Shown: one piece after another, positions 1 to 9,767 of the stretch
Position numbering within the stretch: the first letter of the stretch is position 1
How the letters are laid out: each line of letters starts with the position of its first letter
NCBI GenBank assembly: GCA_965204725.1
Contig: OZ242005.1
Coordinates: forward strand, 2,880,001-2,944,000
DNA from: Candidatus Latescibacterota bacterium
GTDB taxonomy: Bacteria > Latescibacterota > UBA2968 > UBA8231
Direction: 5' to 3'
Length of the DNA stretch: 64,000 nucleotides
The notes under the pieces: generated by a model
What the model was told of the DNA's origin: nothing
The model's input: only the letters and a program-made list of their open reading frames with translations
Database searches by the model: none
Position numbers and translations under genes: made by a program

Positions 1-238
1 GAGTATGGACCTTGCAGGCGGCTTGCGAGCGTTGCATCGGTTGGGCGCGGTTGGGAGTCGCTGGGGGGTTCCTCCTGACAGGCGACTAAGGTTAGGATCG
101 ACAGGTAGCAGAGTAGGGACATATTGAGGGTAGAGGCTTAGGCTTTCCGGGAACATCCATGCGAATCTTGACTTCTTCTTATCCTTATCCTAATAATATA
201 GGACAATTTTGGCATTCATAGATCGTCGGCATCTCATA

Positions 239-655
239 ATGAACAAAACAATAAAAAATTTAAGTTTCGCAAAACATCCTTCCTCGGTGAATGTTCTTGG
301 ATTCAAAGAAGAAGATGAATGGTGTGCGTTAGGGTTGGAAGTTGACATCCGGGGATACGGGCACACATTTGAAGAAGCCTGTTCCGATCTTACTGATTTG
401 ATCACCTCCCAAATCAGCTTTTCTATGTACAAAGATCAAGTAGAGCTTATCTTTCACTCTGCCGATCCCAAATTTTTCGACATTTTTAACACCATTAAAC
501 ATAAGCAACAACATAAAGTTAATGACGATACAAAACGCTATAGATCGAGCAAGGTTTCCTTACGTGAGATAATCGCAAAAATAACCTCCAATCCCCCAGA
601 GTTCGCTGACTATCAGAGGTTAAACGTCGAACATGGCGAAAACGTACTCCGTTGA
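239..655 (+). CDS. hicB: HicB-like antitoxin
   Basis: 'EEDEWCALGLEVDIRGYGHTFEEACSDL' resembles the HicB partial RNase H fold. Overlaps the downstream hicA-like gene. AT-rich. ATG 239 chosen over TTG 209. Confidence 0.7.
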   Translation: MNKTIKNLSFAKHPSSVNVLGFKEEDEWCALGLEVDIRGYGHTFEEACSDLTDLITSQISFSMYKDQVELIFHSADPKFFDIFNTIKHKQQHKVNDDTKRYRSSKVSLREIIAKITSNPPEFADYQRLNVEHGENVLR

Positions 656-869
656 CGAACTCTTCAGATTGCTCAAAAGTTATGACGAAAAATTTGAGTT
701 CTATAAAAATAGAGGTAAAGGTAGCCATAGAACCATTTATCACCCCGATATAAATGGAGAAGCAAAATCCTTCCCCATAAAATATCATGGTGGAAGCACT
801 GATGTCCGACGAGGAACACTCAGTGCCATAAAGAGACGATTTGAATTACCCAACGATCTATTTCAATAA
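633..869 (+). CDS. hicA: HicA-family mRNA interferase toxin
   Basis: 78 aa, basic, with the HicA motif 'RGKGSH' and the tail 'RRGTLSAIKRRF'. Confidence 0.85.
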   Translation: MAKTYSVDELFRLLKSYDEKFEFYKNRGKGSHRTIYHPDINGEAKSFPIKYHGGSTDVRRGTLSAIKRRFELPNDLFQ

Positions 870-1118
870 AATCCACTTCTATCAAATTGTCCGTTGCCTT
901 CACACTATATAATTGAAAAGACTGAGCAATGGATGCTTGACATGTAGGGCACTCTAAGCGACAGGTCGCATACATGGCCATAAAACAGTGGTTGCGTTGG
1001 CTGCGTTCGCATTCTTTGGATTTCTAGGTCGGCCTAGTCCCTAAAGGTTTCATTCATGGGTTGTGCCCGATACAGTCGAACCCCGCCCGGCCCCGTCTTC
1101 CCCACTGTGCTGCCGCCT

Positions 1119-1134
1119 TGGCATGGATATTGCA
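1119..1134 (+). promoter_or_regulatory. Putative sigma-54 (-24/-12) promoter upstream of rpn
   Basis: TGGCATGGATATTGCA matches TGGCAnnnnnnTTGCA with the correct GG-GC spacing, about 80 bp before ATG 1216. Confidence 0.5.
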
Positions 1135-1215
1135 ATAATTTGGTGGAAACGGACGTTACGCGGTCGGCTCCCGCGTGGCCCGTCCCCGTCGTCTTACCTG
1201 TCCAAGGCATGGCTT

Positions 1216-2094
1216 ATGGCCGAATTCGATACCATCGCCAAGCACCTCATTCACGCCTACTCGGCTGACTTCGCCCGCTTGTCCCTTCAGCGCGACGACC
1301 TTGAGGTGCTCAACGTCATCGACACCGAGCAACCCACGGTCAAAGCGCATCGCGCCGATAGCCTCATCCTCGTGTGCATCGGTGGAGACGAGGAGGCGTT
1401 GGTGCATCACGAATTTCAAACCACCGACAGCAAACAGCCCATGCCGCTCCGCATGGCCGGCTATATCGGGCGCGGCATTGAGCAGCACGGCCTGCCGATC
1501 TACTCCAGCGTCATCTACCTGCGCCCAGACGCCGGCCGGAATGATCCGGGGCACTATATCCAAGAGCGGCACGGCTTCCGCGTCCTAGTGCAATACCAAG
1601 TGATTCGGCTGAGTGAATTAGACGGCAAACGCATTCTCGACGGGAGGCCTGTGGGCTTGCTGCCGTTTGCTCCGTTGATGCAGCCGCCCGCGGGGATGGA
1701 TGCCGAGGCGTGGCTGCGCCAGTGTGTCAACCGAGCGCAACAGGTGCCGATGGACGAGTCCCTCAAAGCCAATTATATGGCCGATCTTGCCATTTTGAGC
1801 GGGTTGGTGTATAACTTAGAAACGATTACGACCGTCATTGAGGAGGAGACCATGTACGAATCGTCGGTAGTGCAGTATTTCACGGAAAAGGCGATCGAGC
1901 AAGGGATCGAGCAAGGGATCCAAGAAAGCATCCAAGAAGTGTTGGCTCTGCGCTTTCAGCCGGAGGACACACACCAGTTGGCCAGCCGCATTGGGTTGAT
2001 AGACGATGTGCAGCGCCTCAAGCAGTTGCACCGAGCGGCCATACAGGTCCCCAGCCTCGAAGCCTTTAGGCATCTGTTAGACGCGGATGAGTAG
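1216..2094 (+). CDS. Rpn/YhgA-like PD-(D/E)XK nuclease
   Basis: 'RADSL..HHEFQT..MPLRMAGY' core and C-terminal 'IEQGIEQGIQE' repeats. Start placed at MAEFD. Confidence 0.85.
   Translation: MAEFDTIAKHLIHAYSADFARLSLQRDDLEVLNVIDTEQPTVKAHRADSLILVCIGGDEEALVHHEFQTTDSKQPMPLRMAGYIGRGIEQHGLPIYSSVIYLRPDAGRNDPGHYIQERHGFRVLVQYQVIRLSELDGKRILDGRPVGLLPFAPLMQPPAGMDAEAWLRQCVNRAQQVPMDESLKANYMADLAILSGLVYNLETITTVIEEETMYESSVVQYFTEKAIEQGIEQGIQESIQEVLALRFQPEDTHQLASRIGLIDDVQRLKQLHRAAIQVPSLEAFRHLLDADE
1852..2094 (+). CDS. Putative internally translated small Rpn (RpnS-type antitoxin)
   Basis: In-frame ATG 1852 preceded by a strong SD (GAGGAGGAG) just before the repeat-rich C-terminal domain. Confidence 0.55.
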   Translation: MYESSVVQYFTEKAIEQGIEQGIQESIQEVLALRFQPEDTHQLASRIGLIDDVQRLKQLHRAAIQVPSLEAFRHLLDADE

Positions 2095-2135
2095 AGGTGT
2101 GCCACGTAACATCTTATATAAAGGAAGGGTGATCC

Positions 2136-2684
2136 ATGACGATTACCGATTTGATCACGGCCGACGAATTGTTGCAGATGAAGGACGATGGCTTCCGCTA
2201 TGAACTGAGCCGAGGAGAATTGATAAAGATGAGTCCAGCCGGCCACCACCACGGCAGAATCGCGCTCAATTTGACCGCGCCCTTGGACCAGTTCGTCCGG
2301 GCCAACCAACTTGGTTCCGTCTATGCGACCGGAACCGGCTTCAAACTAGCAGAGAATCCCGATGTGGTGCGTGCTCCAGACGCGGCCTTCATCCGGCGCG
2401 AGCGGGTCGAAGAGGTGGGCCAAACCGAGGGCTTTTGGCCCGGTGCCCCCGACCTAGCGGCCGAGGTCGTCTCACCGGGCGATACCTACGCCGAGGTACA
2501 GGACAAAATCGCCGATTGGCTCGACGCGGGCACCCGTTTAGTCGTAGTCGTCAATCCAAGTACCCAAGTGGTCACTCTGTACCGCTCGCGGAGCGACATC
2601 CGCATCCTGACCATTGACGACGTACTCGATGGCGGCGAAGTAGTGCCGAACTGGACCCTGCCGGTGCGCGATATATTCATCTAA
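2136..2684 (+). CDS. Uma2/DUF820 family endonuclease
   Basis: 'RYELSRGEL..MSP', 'RAPDAAF', 'APDLAAEVVSPGD'. Confidence 0.9.
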   Translation: MTITDLITADELLQMKDDGFRYELSRGELIKMSPAGHHHGRIALNLTAPLDQFVRANQLGSVYATGTGFKLAENPDVVRAPDAAFIRRERVEEVGQTEGFWPGAPDLAAEVVSPGDTYAEVQDKIADWLDAGTRLVVVVNPSTQVVTLYRSRSDIRILTIDDVLDGGEVVPNWTLPVRDIFI

Positions 2685-2690
2685 ATACCC

Positions 2691-3653
2691 CTACAACGCC
2701 CCCCGATGCCCCCGGCGAATGGCCTCGCACAAGCGCATGGTATGCACGGCGTCGTCCAAGTTCGACCACGGCGTGCGATCCGCTAGAATGCAATCGACGA
2801 AGTGGACGACTTCGTTGAAGCCCGCCCCGCCCACTGCTTCGATTTCCTCGGCTTCTATGGTAAAGGCCCGCCCCGCGTCATAGCCCTCCACCTGCGGCCC
2901 CCGGGTCATATCCAAGTAGATCGACAAATTTTCGCCGTGTACTTCGGCCCGCTGAATGCGATACCCCACGCCGTAGTGGCTCATCATAATGCCGAAGGTG
3001 CCCGTATCGAAACGCACGACCGCGTTGTGCCGATGGCACCCGGGCCGCGCACCGTCTTGCACCATGCCCTGCACCTCCACCGGCATGGCCGCTTCCACCG
3101 CGCTGCGGCCCGCTAGCCAGCGCAGCAGATCGACGTGGTGAATGGCGTCGCAGATCACTGGATCGGGCGTCCCCGGCCCCAACAGGGTCACCGGCTTGTT
3201 GTACGTAGCAGCGCAATGCACTGCGCCGCCGGCCGCCCGGATGCGCTGCCGCACGGCTAGCACTTGGGGAAAGTAACGCCGGTTAAAGGATACGAGGGCT
3301 TGGCCTTGGCTCTGTCGGGCCGCTTGGGCCATCTGCGCGGTCTCGGCCGCGGTCATACCCGGTGCTTTCTCCACAGAGGTGTGCAGCCCGCGCTCCAAGC
3401 AATCGAGCACGATGGGCAGCAAGTGGCCGGGCATGGTGACTACATGTACGACCTCCGGCCGGCAGACATCGAGCATCTCCCGGTAGTCGGCAAAGGCGTG
3501 TTGCGGCCCCCATTCGGCTTGGTTTTTGCGCCGCCGCTCCTCGTCTAGCTCGGCAATGCCCACCAAGCGCAGCCGCGGCTCAGCGGCAATCATGCGGAAG
3601 TGAGACTGGGCGTGGCCGCCGCAGCCGATGACCGCTACTTTCAAGTCTGCCAT
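2691..3653 (-). CDS. Gfo/Idh/MocA oxidoreductase
   Basis: 'VAVIGCGG', 'EKAP', 'NRRY', 'HHVD'. Start MADLK follows an SD. Confidence 0.9.
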   Translation of the reverse strand: MADLKVAVIGCGGHAQSHFRMIAAEPRLRLVGIAELDEERRRKNQAEWGPQHAFADYREMLDVCRPEVVHVVTMPGHLLPIVLDCLERGLHTSVEKAPGMTAAETAQMAQAARQSQGQALVSFNRRYFPQVLAVRQRIRAAGGAVHCAATYNKPVTLLGPGTPDPVICDAIHHVDLLRWLAGRSAVEAAMPVEVQGMVQDGARPGCHRHNAVVRFDTGTFGIMMSHYGVGYRIQRAEVHGENLSIYLDMTRGPQVEGYDAGRAFTIEAEEIEAVGGAGFNEVVHFVDCILADRTPWSNLDDAVHTMRLCEAIRRGHRGAL

Positions 3654-3742
3654 GATGATTTCCTTTCTCAGAAGGTTTGACAGGGAATTTGGGGGCCAGT
3701 ATAGTGTTTCATCTTGGTTCACGACATCCAAAGGATATGCTC

Positions 3743-3933
3743 ATGCGCGTCATTGCCGTTGGCTGCGAGTACTCAGGCGTCAGCACTCTCATCGAGCAGG
3801 TGCATCAATGGGGGCTGAGCCGCGGGATTAGCCACCACCTCGACGACCACTCCAACTCCTCCAGACCTTCCTCAGCCGCTCCATCCCCCACCTCAGCCCC
3901 GGCGACGCCGCCACGCGGCTTTTAGCGGATTAA
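3743..3933 (+). pseudogene. Start+end scar of a P-loop-like (kinase-like) gene
   Basis: SD then 'MRVIAVGCEYSGVSTLI...HHLDDH', joined out of frame to an apparent C-terminus 'QLLQTFLSRSIPHLSPGDAATRLLAD*'. Confidence 0.5.
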
Positions 3934-3966
3934 CCAACCACCAATCACAACGCACGGAGCACGGAA

Positions 3967-5253
3967 ATGGCAGATTCGAGAAGGGACTTTTTTAGAAAGG
4001 CCGGCAACCTCACGCTCGGCGCGGCGGCCGCGTCTATATGGGCCTCCGACAGCCGGCAGAAGGTCCACGCGGCCACGGAACGCCTCGGCCAAGCCTCGCC
4101 AGAGGCCAGTGCATTGGACGAACCTTTTTGGTACAGCGTGCGCGGCGCGTTCAACTTGTCGCCCCAGTTTATCAACTTTGAGAACGGATATTTCAGTCCA
4201 CAACCGGAAGCCGGGGTTGATGAGGTATGCAAAAACGTCCGCGCTATCAACGAGATTCCCTCGTTTTACATGCGGCGCAAACTGGAGGACGACACCCGCG
4301 AGATCCATCAATTGCTAGCGCGCTTTGCCGGTTGCTCAGACGAAGAAATCCTCCTGACGCGCAACACGACCGAATCGCTCAACATCGTCATCATGGGGCT
4401 GAAGCTGCAACCCGGCGACGAAGCCTTGTGGGGAACCTACGAATACGGCAGCATGAAGGTCGCGTTTGAGCAACGCGCCGCCCGCGAAGGCATCGTCAAC
4501 AAAGTGCTCGATCTGCCCATCACCTCTATGGACCAAGCCGAGATCGTCTCGGCCTACAAAAAGGCCATTACGCCGCGCACCAAAGTGATCCTCGTCTCCC
4601 ACATCGTCTATTTAACCGGCCAAGTGCTGCCGGTGCGCGCAATTTGCGACATGGCCCACGAGCAAGGGGTGGAAGTCATCGTCGATGGCGCCCATGCCTT
4701 TGCCCATTTGGCCACCCAAATCCCCGATCTACACTGCGATTACTACGGAGCAAGTTTGCACAAGTGGATGCTGGCGCCGCTGGGCACGGGCCTCCTATAC
4801 ATCAAAAAGGAAAACATCGAGAACGTGTGGCCACTGTTCGGCGACGCTGGGTACGCCTCGGACTCGATCCGCAAATTCGCTCACATCGGCACGTATCCTG
4901 CTTACTTGCAACTGGCCTTGGCCGAGGCCATTCGCTTTAACCAAACCATCGGCTTGGAGCGCAAAGAGGCGCGCTTGCGCTACATCAAAAACTACTGGGT
5001 CGATCGCCTGATTGACGTGCCCAACATCGTCTGCTACACGCCCCGCGAGGCCCATCGCTCGTGCGCCATTGCCACCGTTGGCATCAAGGGCCGCGACCCC
5101 GCAGATATTACCAACGCTCTCTACGACAAATACAAGATATTCACCGTGCCGCCGGGTTATCCTGGGGCAGTCCGCATCTGTCCGAACATATACACGACGC
5201 CCTACGAATTGGATCTGTTCGTCGCCGCGATGAAAGAGTTGGCCGCGGCCTGA
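3967..5253 (+). CDS. Tat-exported class V PLP aminotransferase (isopenicillin N epimerase-like)
   Basis: Twin-arginine 'SRRDFF', 'VDGAHA', PLP lysine motif 'SLHKW'. Confidence 0.9.
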   Translation: MADSRRDFFRKAGNLTLGAAAASIWASDSRQKVHAATERLGQASPEASALDEPFWYSVRGAFNLSPQFINFENGYFSPQPEAGVDEVCKNVRAINEIPSFYMRRKLEDDTREIHQLLARFAGCSDEEILLTRNTTESLNIVIMGLKLQPGDEALWGTYEYGSMKVAFEQRAAREGIVNKVLDLPITSMDQAEIVSAYKKAITPRTKVILVSHIVYLTGQVLPVRAICDMAHEQGVEVIVDGAHAFAHLATQIPDLHCDYYGASLHKWMLAPLGTGLLYIKKENIENVWPLFGDAGYASDSIRKFAHIGTYPAYLQLALAEAIRFNQTIGLERKEARLRYIKNYWVDRLIDVPNIVCYTPREAHRSCAIATVGIKGRDPADITNALYDKYKIFTVPPGYPGAVRICPNIYTTPYELDLFVAAMKELAAA

Positions 5254-5266
5254 TCCCCGTTCTGCG

Positions 5267-6679
5267 CTACGTTAGCTCGGCCGTCCAATACGCCTGCGGG
5301 TCTCGCGCGCTGTGGCCCACGCGCCGCACCAAGCCCCGAGCCGTCAATGCGTACAAATTCCTCAACACCACCGGACGCGAATAGCCAGTCAACGCCATCA
5401 ACTCGCCGGTCCGCAATCGGCCCGCCAGCGCGAGCTGTTCAAATAAATGGCGCGCTGCTTCGGGCATCCCTCGCAACTCATCCGGCTGGACTAGCGCACC
5501 GGCCAGCACTATCTCGACGCCGCCCGCCATCTGTCGGACCACCGGCCGCTGCCTCCCACTCGCTTCCATCACGGCCACCATGCGGCGCAACCCTTCTCCT
5601 AATTCCTGACCATAAGATAAGTCTGTCATTACCCGCGCAATGCGGGGATTGCGAGCAAACCGCCGCACCTTTAGCAAGTCGCCTAGGGGCGTTATTCCGG
5701 GAAATCGGCCCGGACTAGACACCTCAACCCTATCGTCGAACACCGCCAACCGGATGTGGTCGCCGAAGTTGCTGTACGCGCGATGAATGACTGCGTTCAC
5801 TAGCGCTTCCAGCCAAACCTCTTCTGGCACGATGCCAAACCAGCCAAAACGTCCATCCGGCCCCAAAGACTTGCGCTTGGGCACGGCCTCGCGCATGGCC
5901 TGACGCGCCGCGTCGATCTGCTGCGGCAACCGTCCCACGCAGCGGGTGTCGCTGATCAGGTTCTGCTCGCTGCCCGTGCGCCGCTCGCGCCCGGCGTATT
6001 TCAGGACCCGGACAAAGGCTTGAGGAAACGCCCTTTGCGGATCGGTCGCAAACAGCAATGCACCCGCCGTGTGCGTTTCCCCGTTGAGTCCGACCAAGTC
6101 GCGCGCCTGCAACAGCCGTTGCGGGTCTGGATGCTCCATCTGTTCGGCGTAGGCGGCTACGCTGTCTGAGTCGAGTACACAAGGCCCATAGGTGTTTGCG
6201 GGCGTGACTTCAAAACTGGTATCCCCGCGGTCGTACTGAAATTCAATGCGCTGTTCAAAGGACAACCGGCGGTTTTCATCGCCGGTGCGCAGGAAAACCT
6301 CGTCGCGGGTCGTGCTATGCACTTGACTGCTCGGAGGGATGGCCAGCAACAGCGCGTGGTCCGTCGCGCCCTGGGCATTGATGCACTGCAACAAGAGCGG
6401 CTCAAAGCGCACCGGCGGCAGCGTCAAATTAATCCCGGCCTGTCGCCACTCATTCTGCGCCTGTGGGCGGTCGTCAATTCCCTCACAAGTGCCGGCGCGA
6501 AAGCCGACGGCAATAACTCCCCCCTCGGCATTCGCCATCGCCACCAGTGTTTCAGCCAAGCTACGGGCTGAAATACGCGCACTTTTGCGGTCAAACCATT
6601 GCCCTTCCGGCTCGGCCAACAGCAGCTCAGTTACCGCATCCGGCGGCATGGCGACTAGATTCTCAATCGGCGGCAACAT
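5267..6679 (-). CDS. Schlafen/AlbA_2 + HATPase_c_4 + HTH protein
   Basis: 'EGQWFDRKS', 'AMANAEGG', 'EALVNAVIHR', 'RNPRIA', C-terminal wHTH. Confidence 0.85.
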   Translation of the reverse strand: MLPPIENLVAMPPDAVTELLLAEPEGQWFDRKSARISARSLAETLVAMANAEGGVIAVGFRAGTCEGIDDRPQAQNEWRQAGINLTLPPVRFEPLLLQCINAQGATDHALLLAIPPSSQVHSTTRDEVFLRTGDENRRLSFEQRIEFQYDRGDTSFEVTPANTYGPCVLDSDSVAAYAEQMEHPDPQRLLQARDLVGLNGETHTAGALLFATDPQRAFPQAFVRVLKYAGRERRTGSEQNLISDTRCVGRLPQQIDAARQAMREAVPKRKSLGPDGRFGWFGIVPEEVWLEALVNAVIHRAYSNFGDHIRLAVFDDRVEVSSPGRFPGITPLGDLLKVRRFARNPRIARVMTDLSYGQELGEGLRRMVAVMEASGRQRPVVRQMAGGVEIVLAGALVQPDELRGMPEAARHLFEQLALAGRLRTGELMALTGYSRPVVLRNLYALTARGLVRRVGHSARDPQAYWTAELT

Positions 6680-6711
6680 AATTTGGAGTCCACATAGCTT
6701 CTACTATATCA

Positions 6712-6732
6712 TACTATAAATAATTTATAGTA
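6712..6732. promoter_or_regulatory. Perfect palindrome, candidate operator of the Schlafen-HTH gene
   Basis: TACTATAAAT-A-ATTTATAGTA about 35 bp upstream of the start at 6679. Confidence 0.5.
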
Positions 6733-6748
6733 ACAGCGTAACAGCCCC

Positions 6749-7942
6749 TTATTTTTTGCCTTCCCCCGCCTTCAGCCCTCGGGCGATGTCTAAATTTTCG
6801 CGGAATCCTTGGTCCTCTGGGGCCAAGCGCACCGCGCTGGCAAACGCCGTTTGTGCGGCCGCAAAGTCTCGGCGCATCAGGTGCAGGTTGCCGAGGCTAT
6901 TGTACGCGTTGGCGTGCGTCGAATCCGCGGCGAGCGCTTGGGCAAAAAGCCGCTGGGCCGCGGCGAATCGCTCCTCGCGCAGGTAAATGTTGCCCAAGTT
7001 CACATAGGCGGCCGCAAAGGTCGAGTCGAGTTCGAGCGCACGGCGGTAGCGCGCCGCGGCCTTGGCGAATTGGCGACGCTGGCCGTAGAGTACGCCCAAG
7101 TCGTAGTGGCGGCGGGCGTCCCCGGCCTCGCTCAAGAGCGTAAACTCCAAGCTCTTGATCATCTTTTCCTCTTCTTCGAGACGCGCAAATCGCTCCAACA
7201 CCGCGCGGCCCTTTTCCCGCTCGCCCAAGCGCGTATAGACCTGCCCCAAATCGTAGTGGGGACGCGCCCAAAACGGGCGCAGCGCAACGGCCCGCAGCAA
7301 AAGAGCTTCGGCCTCCTCGTAGCGCCGCTCCTCCGCATACAGGGACCCCAAGCCCGCGTACGCGCCCGCTTGGGTCGTGTCCGCGCCAATCGCTTGGGCA
7401 AACGCCGCTTTCGCTGCTTCGCGCTCGCCGCGCTTGACTTCGACTTGGCCGAGATGATACCAGAGCTCATAATGAGTCGAATCCACCTGCAAGGCGCGCT
7501 CGTATAGAACGGCGGCCCCTTGGTATGCGCCCTGCCGGATGTGCAGCAGGCCCAAGGCATTGTACGCGGAAATGTGGCCGGGATCGCTTGCCAATGCCTT
7601 GCGGAGCGGCGCGTAGGCCGCCTCGTACTTTTTTTGCCGAATGTACACGCCGCCGAGTTGGTAGTGCGCGTCTGCGTAGTCGGGCTTGAGTGCTATGGCT
7701 TTTTGGTACGCGGCCTCGGCTTGGTCGAGGGCATCGGTTAAAAAATAGGCGTTGGCCAAGTTGTAGTAGATTTGGGGCGCGTCGGGCATCTGCACGGTCG
7801 CTTGCTGGTACGCGGCAATGGCTGCGTGGAAACGCCCGCGTTGGGCGTGTTCGAGCCCCTGATTGAAATACGTGCGCCCCGCCGCCGAGGGCGGCTCCGG
7901 CTCTTGGCAGCCGATGAGCAGAATCGCTAGAAGCCAGCGCAT
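6749..7942 (-). CDS. TPR-repeat lipoprotein
   Basis: Lipobox 'LLIGC' and about 10 TPR motifs (YYNLANAY, AHYQLG, AYNALG). Confidence 0.9.
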   Translation of the reverse strand: MRWLLAILLIGCQEPEPPSAAGRTYFNQGLEHAQRGRFHAAIAAYQQATVQMPDAPQIYYNLANAYFLTDALDQAEAAYQKAIALKPDYADAHYQLGGVYIRQKKYEAAYAPLRKALASDPGHISAYNALGLLHIRQGAYQGAAVLYERALQVDSTHYELWYHLGQVEVKRGEREAAKAAFAQAIGADTTQAGAYAGLGSLYAEERRYEEAEALLLRAVALRPFWARPHYDLGQVYTRLGEREKGRAVLERFARLEEEEKMIKSLEFTLLSEAGDARRHYDLGVLYGQRRQFAKAAARYRRALELDSTFAAAYVNLGNIYLREERFAAAQRLFAQALAADSTHANAYNSLGNLHLMRRDFAAAQTAFASAVRLAPEDQGFRENLDIARGLKAGEGKK

Positions 7943-7959
7943 AAAGGACGAGCTACCCC

Positions 7960-8074
7960 CTTACTACACGACACCATCCGCCAGCCTTTCAGGATCGAGG
8001 GCGGGACGCCCTTGATCCCGGCCACAGCGGGAACAACAGAAAATGCGGCCGCAAAGTAAGGGTCGCGTACTTAG
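7960..8074 (+). mobile_element. MITE-like element, copy 1
   Basis: Ends CTTACTACACGACAC...GGGTCGCGTACTTAG; internal hairpin GGATCGAGGGCGGGACGCCCTTGATCC; flanks agctacccc/ggcaacccc match 7/9. Confidence 0.65.
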
Positions 8075-8082
8075 GGCAACCC

Positions 8083-9666
8083 CTACCGCGGCTCCTTTGC
8101 GGTCAGCACTTGTCCGGCTAGCACCCCGTTGAGCCGCTGCACCTTGCCGCTGGGCCAGCGAATCACCACTTCGTCGGCTTGTGTGCTGGCCCCGAGGCCA
8201 AAAAAGACGCGCGGGTCGTGGCTCGACAGATAGCTGCCGCCGCGGCGCACTTCTCGCTCTTGTACGCGAGGCCCGGTGCGCACGCGGATGCGCGCACCGA
8301 CGCCATCGAGGTTGCTCTCCACGCCTACCGTGCGGACGGCCAAGTAGTTGCGCCGGCCGCCGAGGTCGTTGCGCAGGAGCGAGGGCCGCGCATTGACGTG
8401 GGCCACTGCAATATCGAGGTCGCCGTCGTTGTCGCAATCGCCCAAGGCCACCCCTCGGCTCGACTGCACACCCCCAAGCCCGGCCGCAACGCTGACCTCG
8501 GCAAACCCGGCCACCCCGTCGTTTCTGAACAACTGATTGGGCTGCGCGTACGTGGTCTCGGCGAAAAGCTCTACGTTGTCGTCAATGTGGCCATTGGCCA
8601 CGAAGAGGTCCTCGTCGCCGTCGAGATCCCAGTCGAAGAAAGCCGTGCCCCAAGCCAAGTACGCCAGCGAGGGCTTGCCCAATTTGGCGTCCGTCGTCCG
8701 GTCGCGGAAAAACCCCTCGCCTTCGTTTTGATACAAGGTATTGGTCTCCAAGTAAAAGTTCGTCACAAAAAAATCAAAGGCCCCGTCGTTGTCGTAGTCG
8801 CCTGCGGCCACGCCCATGCCGGCTTCGGATTGACCCTGCCTATTGTGGGAAACCCCGGCGATCAAGCCCACTTCCGTGAAAGGGCCGCCCTCGTTTTGAT
8901 AGAGCAAATTGGGCGTACCATCGCCCGCGATGAACAAGTCTAGGTCGCCGTCGAGATCCCAATCGGAAAAGACCGCGCCGAGCTCCCGCGCTCGCCCCGG
9001 AGCAAGACCCACTGCCGCGCCGACTTCGGCAAAGCGACCGCCGTCGTTGCGATAAAAAGCGTCCGCTTGGGGCGCGTAGGTCCACGGCGCACAATAGACC
9101 CGGACGCTGTCTTGGCGGAAACAAGCGCGGTCTGAGTCGGCGCGGAAGTCCAGATAATTGGCTACATACAGGTCTAAATCGCCGTCGAGATCCCAGTCGC
9201 CGAAGGCCGCGCCCGCGCCAAAGCCTTCATCGCCCACGCCGGCAGTCGCCGTGGCGTCGGCAAAGCGGCCGTCGCCGAGGTTCCGGTAGAGGATATTCGC
9301 GCCGTAGCAGGTAATGTACAGGTCTGAATCGCCATCGTTGTCGTAGTCAGCGGCCACCACGCCCATGCCGCACCCGGAATTTTTCACGCCGGCCGTTTGC
9401 GTCCGCTCGGCAAAACGGCCATTTCTCTCGTTGCGGTAGAGCGCGGCCGGGCCTGCTACATTAACCCAATACAGGTCGAGATAGCCATCGCCGTCATAGT
9501 CAAAAAAGGCGACGCCCGACCCCATAGTCTCGGGCAATTGCTTCTGTCCCCTAGCCCCGTTGCGGTGCTCGAATTCAATGCCAGCCGCCGCGGCCACATC
9601 CACGTATCGAGGTTGGGCGACCGCGGCCGCGCCCCACAGCGAGAGCAGCACAAAAACCGACTGCAT
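8083..9666 (-). CDS. CRTAC1/ASPIC-UnbV family FG-GAP protein
   Basis: Repeated 'DYDGDGYLD' and 'DWDLDGDLD' motifs, C-terminal 'GGSYLS..VFFGLG..IRWPSG', signal peptide. Confidence 0.9.
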   Translation of the reverse strand: MQSVFVLLSLWGAAAVAQPRYVDVAAAAGIEFEHRNGARGQKQLPETMGSGVAFFDYDGDGYLDLYWVNVAGPAALYRNERNGRFAERTQTAGVKNSGCGMGVVAADYDNDGDSDLYITCYGANILYRNLGDGRFADATATAGVGDEGFGAGAAFGDWDLDGDLDLYVANYLDFRADSDRACFRQDSVRVYCAPWTYAPQADAFYRNDGGRFAEVGAAVGLAPGRARELGAVFSDWDLDGDLDLFIAGDGTPNLLYQNEGGPFTEVGLIAGVSHNRQGQSEAGMGVAAGDYDNDGAFDFFVTNFYLETNTLYQNEGEGFFRDRTTDAKLGKPSLAYLAWGTAFFDWDLDGDEDLFVANGHIDDNVELFAETTYAQPNQLFRNDGVAGFAEVSVAAGLGGVQSSRGVALGDCDNDGDLDIAVAHVNARPSLLRNDLGGRRNYLAVRTVGVESNLDGVGARIRVRTGPRVQEREVRRGGSYLSSHDPRVFFGLGASTQADEVVIRWPSGKVQRLNGVLAGQVLTAKEPR

Positions 9667-9767
9667 TGCGATCATCGCCGCTCGGAGTTTTGCAATTGGG
9701 AGCACAGCCGCTATTTTTTATGCACGGACGAGCGCGGCCCGCCCGCGAATGCGAAAGGAGAAGTCTT

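Noticed and set aside
1063-1215. Long N-terminal extensions in the ORF track (rpn; also 35998, 37837, 24419, 61837)
   Set aside because: Family motifs and SD positions support the downstream starts used here.
6730-6745. 8-bp tandem duplication GTAACAGC (and CCGTAACG at 10071-10086) as a MITE excision footprint
   Set aside because: The period is 8, not the 9-bp TSD, and the repeats are too short to separate from chance.
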